64,000 nucleotides of DNA from Selenomonadaceae bacterium (lineage in GTDB: Bacteria > Bacillota > Clostridia > Oscillospirales > CAG-272), in contig CAVBUH010000073.1 in NCBI GenBank assembly GCA_963598415.1, positions 131,669 through 195,668 on the forward strand, given 5' to 3'. A model generated the notes under the pieces. The model did not search any database and was not told the DNA's origin. It saw only the letters and a program-made list of their open reading frames with translations. The position numbers were made by a program, and so were the translations under genes. Of the stretch, positions 57,928-64,000 are shown piece after piece; the stretch's first letter is position 1, and every line of letters starts with the position of its first letter.

Positions 57928-58833
57928 TTGAAAAGACTTCATATATTTAATCCCGTGGCGGGAGGCGGACATTCACCGGAACTGCTAACTAAGGGTGCAG
58001 CAAACGGGGAAGAGGTTTATGTTACATCGGGGATCGGAGACGCGGAACGTTTTGTATATGAGATGTGTAGGAGCCGTTCCGAGGTTCATTTTGTTGTATA
58101 CGGAGGTGACGGAACTCTTAACGAGGCGGCAAACGGAATTATCAATGCCGGCGCAGGGGAGAGAACTCTGCTTTCTGTCGTGCCGGCAGGAACAGGAAAT
58201 GATTTTGCACGTTCATTTCCCGAAAAGGATAATATCAGGCGTATCGATGCGATGAGGTATCGCTTTTTTGCAGAGAACGATTCAACAAAAAAGTCTGAGG
58301 AAAGATATGCGGTCAATATTATAAATTTCGGTTTTGACAGCCGAGTTGTACGAAAGACCGATTTTTATAAGAAAGTGTTTCCCGGAAGCGCCGCCTATGC
58401 AGCGGGGGTTGCCGATACGTTCTGTCATAAGATCGGAGAGGATTGGCTGGTTGAGCTTGAGTACGATAACGGAGAGATTGAAAAATTCAACTCAAGATTT
58501 ACACTTGCCCTTGCCGCGAATTGTCAGTATTACGGCGGAGGTTTTCGGTCGGCTCCCCTTGCCGATCCGTCGGATGGATTAATCGATTTTATAGCGATTC
58601 AAAAAGTTTCAAGGATGACCTTCATTCGGTTGATTGGAGATTATAAGAAGGGGACGCATCTTGATCCTGTTATGAAAAAGCCGTTTGATAAATTTAACGG
58701 GTGTATGGTATACAGGAAATGTAAAAGTATAAATATAAGCGGAATAAACGATCTTTGTTCTGACGGCGAAATTGAAAAAGCTTTTGCAATAAAGATAAGT
58801 GTTGCTCCGGGAGTTTTGCGAATCGCTACTTAA
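57928..58833 (+). CDS. diacylglycerol/lipid kinase family protein (YegS/DagK-like)
   Basis: 301 aa, TTG start. GGDGTLNEAANG and PAGTGNDFAR motifs. Confidence 0.85.
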   Translation: MKRLHIFNPVAGGGHSPELLTKGAANGEEVYVTSGIGDAERFVYEMCRSRSEVHFVVYGGDGTLNEAANGIINAGAGERTLLSVVPAGTGNDFARSFPEKDNIRRIDAMRYRFFAENDSTKKSEERYAVNIINFGFDSRVVRKTDFYKKVFPGSAAYAAGVADTFCHKIGEDWLVELEYDNGEIEKFNSRFTLALAANCQYYGGGFRSAPLADPSDGLIDFIAIQKVSRMTFIRLIGDYKKGTHLDPVMKKPFDKFNGCMVYRKCKSINISGINDLCSDGEIEKAFAIKISVAPGVLRIAT

Positions 58834-58898
58834 AGTGAAACCGAATCTGAAATAGATAGATCACAGGTTCGTTTTTTTCTACGAAAGGCATAGTCAAA

Positions 58899-60377
58899 AT
58901 GAAGAAGTATATTATGGCGCTGGATCAGGGAACAACAAGCTCCCGGTGTATTATTTTTGATAAACAAGGAACGCCGGTTTCCGCCGTACAGGAGGAGTAC
59001 CGTCAGATCTATCCGCAGCCGGGGTGGGTGGAGCATGATCCGGAGGATATCTGGCGTTCGCAGTATAGCTGCGCTTTAAGAGCGCTTTCGCAGAGCGGAC
59101 TTTCTTTCTCGGATATTGCCGCGGTCGGAATCACAAATCAGAGAGAGACGACCGTTGTTTGGGATAGAAAAACGGGGAAGCCGATTTCTAATGCGATTGT
59201 GTGGCAATGCCGGAGAACGGCTGAATACTGCGAGGAAATTCGACGTTCCGGATTTGATGTGAACATCAAATCAAAAACAGGGCTTGTCGTTGACGCTTAT
59301 TTTTCACTGACTAAAGTGAAGTGGATTCTTGATCATATCGACGGTGCGGCGGAGCTTGCCGGCAAAGGACGCCTTGCCTTCGGAACCGTTGACAGCTGGC
59401 TGATATGGAGGTTGACAGAAGGGAAGCGACATGTTACCGATGTCAGCAATGCCTCACGGACGATGATGTATAATATTCGTACGAAAAAATGGGATTCCGA
59501 TATTCTTTTGCAGTTTGGAATACACGACAGTATGCTTCCGGAGATTTGTCCTTCAAGCGGATATTTCGGAGAGACGACTGTGTTCGGAGGGACAATTCCG
59601 ATATGCGGAGTTGCAGGGGATCAGCAGGCTTCGCTATTCGGACAAAGATGTTTTGGAGAGGGAAGCGTAAAAAATACCTACGGCACCGGCTGTTTTATGC
59701 TTATGAATACCGGAACACATCCGATCACGTCATCAAACGGGCTGATAACGACGGTTGCCTGGCAGATCGGTGATAAGGTGACATATGCTCTGGAGGGTTC
59801 GGTATTTATTGCCGGTGCGGCAATCCAGTGGTTGAGAGACGGACTTGGTATTATCGAAAGCTCTCGGGAGAGCGAGAGAATGGCTTGCAGTGTGTCCGAT
59901 ACAAACGGTGTTTATTTTGTTCCTGCTTTTACCGGGCTCGGCGCTCCCTATTGGGATTCCGATGCCAGAGGACTGATTTGTGGACTGACAAGAGGCACCC
60001 AAAAGGAACATATTGTTCGAGCAGCTCTTGAAGCAATGGTATATCAGACCGACGATGTGCTGAAAATAATGACGTCCGATTCGGGAGTGCCGGTAACGGC
60101 ATTGAAAATCGACGGAGGTGCCTCGGCTAATAATTTTCTTTCTTCTTTTCAGGCGAACATTTCGGGTATTACCGTTGAAAGACCTGATTGCGTAGAGACT
60201 ACGGCGCTTGGCGCTGCTTATCTTGCAGGGCTTGGCTGCGGAATGTACGCTTCTCCCGAAGAAATAACCGCGCTTGAAAATCCAAAAACGATCTTTCGTC
60301 CTGCTATGAGCATAAGCGAGAGAGCTTTCCTGCGCGATGGTTGGCATAATGCAGTAAACAGGGCAAAATCACGATAA
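58899..60377 (+). CDS. glpK: glycerol kinase
   Basis: 492 aa. [23 protein letters not shown] and other canonical GlpK motifs. Confidence 0.97.
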   Translation: MKKYIMALDQGTTSSRCIIFDKQGTPVSAVQEEYRQIYPQPGWVEHDPEDIWRSQYSCALRALSQSGLSFSDIAAVGITNQRETTVVWDRKTGKPISNAIVWQCRRTAEYCEEIRRSGFDVNIKSKTGLVVDAYFSLTKVKWILDHIDGAAELAGKGRLAFGTVDSWLIWRLTEGKRHVTDVSNASRTMMYNIRTKKWDSDILLQFGIHDSMLPEICPSSGYFGETTVFGGTIPICGVAGDQQASLFGQRCFGEGSVKNTYGTGCFMLMNTGTHPITSSNGLITTVAWQIGDKVTYALEGSVFIAGAAIQWLRDGLGIIESSRESERMACSVSDTNGVYFVPAFTGLGAPYWDSDARGLICGLTRGTQKEHIVRAALEAMVYQTDDVLKIMTSDSGVPVTALKIDGGASANNFLSSFQANISGITVERPDCVETTALGAAYLAGLGCGMYASPEEITALENPKTIFRPAMSISERAFLRDGWHNAVNRAKSR

Positions 60378-60519
60378 AGCCAAAAAGAGATATGAGGTCG
60401 GAAATCCGTATTATTGTCATGCCCAATCACTTTTTCTGTGATAACCTATTATTTATAAACAGCAGGGCGGTGCGCATTAACGCGCACCGCCTCATAAATC
60501 TAAAAAAAGAATCGGTTGT

Positions 60520-60858
60520 TTAAGGCATACCGCACAATTACCTGCTTGCATATTTTCCGACATTCGTCACAAAAAATAACGCAATAGGAGCCGCTATTGC
60601 TTGTATTTTTTGTGCGGGCTGTTGCGTTAAGCAACAAGCCCGGCATTTTCCCGGTCAGGAAACCGGGAAAATGCCGAATCGGGTGTTTTTGACTGTATTT
60701 TCTTTGGATTATTATGAATTTAAATGGTCAAAATTGCGGATTTCATCCGCAAAATCCGACTTCGTGGGGCTGTTGTCGCACGTTAGTGAGACTGCCCCCT
60801 GAATCCCGAAAAATCTGACGGCGCATCTGTACTGTCATAACCGGCGGTATTGCCTTAA
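60520..60858 (+). repeat. composite element: TTAAGG termini enclosing the Z module
   Basis: Left end TTAAGGCATACCGCACAA, internal GGGCTGTTGCGTTAAGCAACAAGCCC and GGCATTTTCCCGGTCAGGAAACCGGGAAAATGCC hairpins, right end CCGGCGGTATTGCCTTAA. Confidence 0.8.
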
Positions 60859-60885
60859 GTGATGTCGGCAAAAAGCTTACGTTGT

Positions 60886-61800
60886 TCAGAATATTCCCGG
60901 AATCATAACGGCGAGAGCAAAGCCTGCGACAAAAGAGGCTGTATTTGCGACAAGTGCATAGACGGCGGCAAGCCATTTTTTATGCTTTCGTTCAGATAAT
61001 TTGTTCAGAAGAAGTGAATATACAATTGCTTCTGAAACAAATACAATCAATTCCAGCACGAAATAAGCCGCGATAAAAGCAAGATAACCATTTTTATAGT
61101 TAACAACATTCAAAAGTACATTAAGAAATATTTGCGTTGCTGTATTTATACCCGTAATAAATAATATTTGTTTTTTCGTGCGGTAACCGAAAATAAGGGC
61201 AATTCCGATTTCAATCAGGATCGTTGAGACGATGCGGACGGAAAGGGAGATCACTTCTTCGGTATAATGATATGATTGGTATGCTTTTATATAGATATTG
61301 CCGTTCAGGTCTTCATTTTGTTTCAAATAATCTTCCATGTTGACGGTGAAGTAGCTGTCGAAGGCGTAACGGTTATATATACTGCTGACGGCATAGACGT
61401 TGCTTTCGGGAAAGTAAAGAAGGATTTTAAATTCGGATGGTGGATAGTAGGTCCAAGCCAATTCCTTTGTTTGGTCAATGCGCCACACTGTCTGAAGAAA
61501 ATGATATCCGTCGGAGTCTTGATAATCAATAAAGGCTTTCCAAATATCGTATTCCGGGAAATGGTCGGTATAACCGTCATTTTTATTGTACAGAGCATTT
61601 TCCTCTGTGCCGTCCCATGCGAAAGCAGGTCCGGTGGACTCTGTTTTAGATAGAAGCGTTCCGTAACAGATTTCATTTCCGAGTCCTTTAAAGGCGATAC
61701 GAACGGAGGGCTTAGGTCCCATATCAGCGCTTACGGTTATCGGAATCAGAATCGATATCAGGAATGTGAGCGTTAATATATAAATCATTTTCTTTTTCAT
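60886..61800 (-). CDS. hypothetical protein: signal peptide, extracytoplasmic domain, C-terminal multi-TM region
   Basis: 304 aa. No family recognised. Confidence 0.6.
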   Translation of the reverse strand: MKKKMIYILTLTFLISILIPITVSADMGPKPSVRIAFKGLGNEICYGTLLSKTESTGPAFAWDGTEENALYNKNDGYTDHFPEYDIWKAFIDYQDSDGYHFLQTVWRIDQTKELAWTYYPPSEFKILLYFPESNVYAVSSIYNRYAFDSYFTVNMEDYLKQNEDLNGNIYIKAYQSYHYTEEVISLSVRIVSTILIEIGIALIFGYRTKKQILFITGINTATQIFLNVLLNVVNYKNGYLAFIAAYFVLELIVFVSEAIVYSLLLNKLSERKHKKWLAAVYALVANTASFVAGFALAVMIPGIF

Positions 61801-61947
61801 AAAATCACCCTTTGCGGGAAAAATATTTCGCTGTTCCGCCCGATTTTCGATAAAGAAATTTTTTCGTTATGAGCGTTTCGGAGGATTTGGGTAAATAAAT
61901 CCATATCATGAATGGTTTACCGTGACGCGGCATGTCCCGTAAAAGTA

Positions 61948-62346
61948 TTAATCGGAAACGTCCGTATGTTCTGTATCATCGATATCTTCTTCGTTATGCA
62001 TAAATTCTCTGAGACCTACGCGTCTTTCCAAACGTTCTTTTTCGACCATGTCAGAAAGCATATTCTTAACGTCCTTCGGCTTTTTGATATGTTTGATATC
62101 GAATTCAGGACTTGTCTTGTCGCCGGAACAGCAGTGTATTGTACCGAGACCGAAGAGCCTTTCCACGAATGAACGCTTCAGGGTTATGTCCATAATTCTG
62201 TAAAGTCTGATTTCATCCTCTGTGCGGGAAAATAAGCCGGTATCCACAATCAGCTTATTCTCGGTAAGACAATATCTTGTAAATGACCACGGCAGTCCGA
62301 ATACAGTGCGTTTCCTGTCTTTCCAAATTATTTTTTCGGATTCCAT
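61948..62346 (-). CDS. bacterial PH-domain (bPH_2/DUF304-like) protein
   Basis: 132 aa. LTENKLIVDTGLFSRTEDEIRLYRIMDITLKRSFVERLFGLGTI pattern typical of bPH domains. Confidence 0.65.
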   Translation of the reverse strand: MESEKIIWKDRKRTVFGLPWSFTRYCLTENKLIVDTGLFSRTEDEIRLYRIMDITLKRSFVERLFGLGTIHCCSGDKTSPEFDIKHIKKPKDVKNMLSDMVEKERLERRVGLREFMHNEEDIDDTEHTDVSD

Positions 62347-62509
62347 ATGTATATTCCCTCATTTCTTTTATTTTTTAATAAATCTGATTTTACAAAGATT
62401 ACCGATATTTGATATTTATATCGTGAGAAAAAATGTTTACTCAGCAAGTTCTTTTTAGTATATTATATCATACGAGAATTGATAATACAATATATTTGCC
62501 GGTGGGCTT

Positions 62510-63475
62510 TTATTTTTTTGTCAAAAGAGAGCAAAGCTTTCTCTTATATGCTCTGAATTTGATTGCTTTCGGATGATAATGGCTCATAAAAAATTCAAAG
62601 TGATCATTGTCCATAGATTTTTCAAGGGATTTCCATGCGGTATGAAAAGAGATTTTATACTGTGGGGGTATATCCTTGCATTTTCCGGCTTGTTCGGCTT
62701 GAAAATATAATGCGGCAATTTTTCTGTTCTTAACGTTTCTTGTTTTTTGAGATAATTCCGTTAAACCTTGTTTGGCATAAAACTCTTCTCTTTCTTCAAA
62801 GGCTTCAATGGCGTGATATCTTTTCAAGGTGAAAGCGGAATTCATGATGCTTCCGGGGACCGTATAGTAGTAATAAAGCTTGTCGCTTATTACCGCTACC
62901 CGCTCTGCTTTATAATACAGCTTGTATGTGATAAACTCATCTTCATGAATTTTGCCGAGCGGAAAGCGAAGGTTATCAAATAAATTTCTATGATATAATT
63001 TATTCCATGCAGTTACATACTTTACTGCTTCCTGATAAATTTTTTCACAGGCTTCAATTCCGGATATTGCTTCAACATCGAGAACTTCTTTCGGTATCGG
63101 AACAGCTTCTCCTTCATTCAACCTCTCTACATCCGCTATGCTGATATCAGCATGGCATTGGTCGATCGCATATTTAAGTGCGTAAAGACTGTCGCTCCGT
63201 ATGGCATCATCGCTGTCAACGAAGGTAACATATTCACCCTTCATAATATCAAGTCCTGCGTTTCGCGCGGAAGAGAGTCCGCCGTTTTCTTTATGCACAA
63301 CCCGGATCCGGTTATCCTTTTCCGCCCAGGCGTCGCACATGGCGGGGCAGTTGTCTGGGCTTCCGTCATCGACAAGAATCAATTCAAAATCGGTATAGGT
63401 TTGCGCAAGAATGCTTTTCACACAGCGGTCAAGATATTTTTCAACTTTGTATACGGGCACTATAACGGTAATCAT
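62510..63475 (-). CDS. family 2 glycosyltransferase
   Basis: 321 aa. MITVIVPVYKVEKYLDRCVKSILAQTY...LVDDGSPD...DSDD motifs. Confidence 0.9.
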   Translation of the reverse strand: MITVIVPVYKVEKYLDRCVKSILAQTYTDFELILVDDGSPDNCPAMCDAWAEKDNRIRVVHKENGGLSSARNAGLDIMKGEYVTFVDSDDAIRSDSLYALKYAIDQCHADISIADVERLNEGEAVPIPKEVLDVEAISGIEACEKIYQEAVKYVTAWNKLYHRNLFDNLRFPLGKIHEDEFITYKLYYKAERVAVISDKLYYYYTVPGSIMNSAFTLKRYHAIEAFEEREEFYAKQGLTELSQKTRNVKNRKIAALYFQAEQAGKCKDIPPQYKISFHTAWKSLEKSMDNDHFEFFMSHYHPKAIKFRAYKRKLCSLLTKK

Positions 63476-63491
63476 GTTATTTCCTTAAAGT

Positions 63492-64000
63492 TTATAAATT
63501 CTTTGGATCTTCAAATCCCTGTTCTTCACAATAATTGCTCATATAAAATTTTTTTAAATGATTTATGGGCAGAACAGTTGAAAGGTATATAATTTTATTT
63601 TTCACAGATAAATAGCGCTGTGGTATCGCTGTAATTTTCAATAAGTAGCGGAAATAATATTTAATAAAAACTCTTTTTAGTTCTTTATTTTCATGTTGCA
63701 GAATGGAAGCTTTTGCAAACTGAACAAGTAAATGATAGGCAGAGATGGCGGCGGAACGCTCTGCTTTACTTTTACGATAAAACATATAATGTTCATATCT
63801 GATATCAATCGCAATAAACTTTTTAGGAGATAGCGGAGAAAGCATAGCGCTTTTATCTTCGTTTTGCGGAAAAAAATAATAATAAAGAGGTGCTTTGCAA
63901 TTTAAAACTTTGTGTGCTTCATGGAGAACATAGGGATAAAGATGTAAATCCTCATAGGTAATCCCGACCTTAAAGCGGATATGATCAAAAATTCTTTTAA
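63492..64000 (-). CDS. glycosyltransferase-like protein, C-terminal part (5' end beyond window)
   Basis: The reading frame of track ORF 63492..63845 stays open upstream to position 64000 in my hand translation (KRIFDHIRFKVGITYEDLHLYPYVLHEAHKVLNCKAPLYYYFF...). It resembles the C-terminal half of the neighbouring GT2. Confidence 0.45.
   Translation of the reverse strand, partial: KRIFDHIRFKVGITYEDLHLYPYVLHEAHKVLNCKAPLYYYFFPQNEDKSAMLSPLSPKKFIAIDIRYEHYMFYRKSKAERSAAISAYHLLVQFAKASILQHENKELKRVFIKYYFRYLLKITAIPQRYLSVKNKIIYLSTVLPINHLKKFYMSNYCEEQGFEDPKNL

Overview
This is 64 kb of a mid-GC Firmicutes chromosome. Gene content and order look Clostridia, Ruminococcus or Oscillospiraceae-like, but that is inference only. 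I call about 53 protein genes, mostly housekeeping or central metabolism. They include tsaD-rimI, dCMP deaminase, galU, cysE-cysS, rpsO-pnp, galM, araB, guaB, a lipid kinase with glpK, and glycosyltransferases. Four larger units stand out: a DeoR-linked 2-oxoacid dehydrogenase complex with a fused E1 alpha/beta; an operon joining a HydS-type sensory [FeFe]-hydrogenase, a PP2C phosphatase and a catalytic [FeFe]-hydrogenase; an AraC/LamG/BNR/ECF-sigma surface-protein locus; and a BceRS-AB-type peptide-resistance module. I recognised no rRNA, tRNA, CRISPR array, transposase, integrase or phage gene. The most striking unexplained signal is non-coding. Most of the long intergenic gaps carry members of a ~180 bp imperfect-palindrome repeat family with TTAAGGCAATACC... 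inverted termini. There are 8 full-length copies, plus truncated, terminus-only, nested and composite derivatives, and two or three other small palindromic repeat families. Second in interest is the H2-sensing operon, whose signalling output is unknown. CDS coordinates follow the ORF track, with starts trimmed where an internal ATG with an RBS fits better. Non-coding coordinates were indexed by hand and may be off by 1-3 nt.
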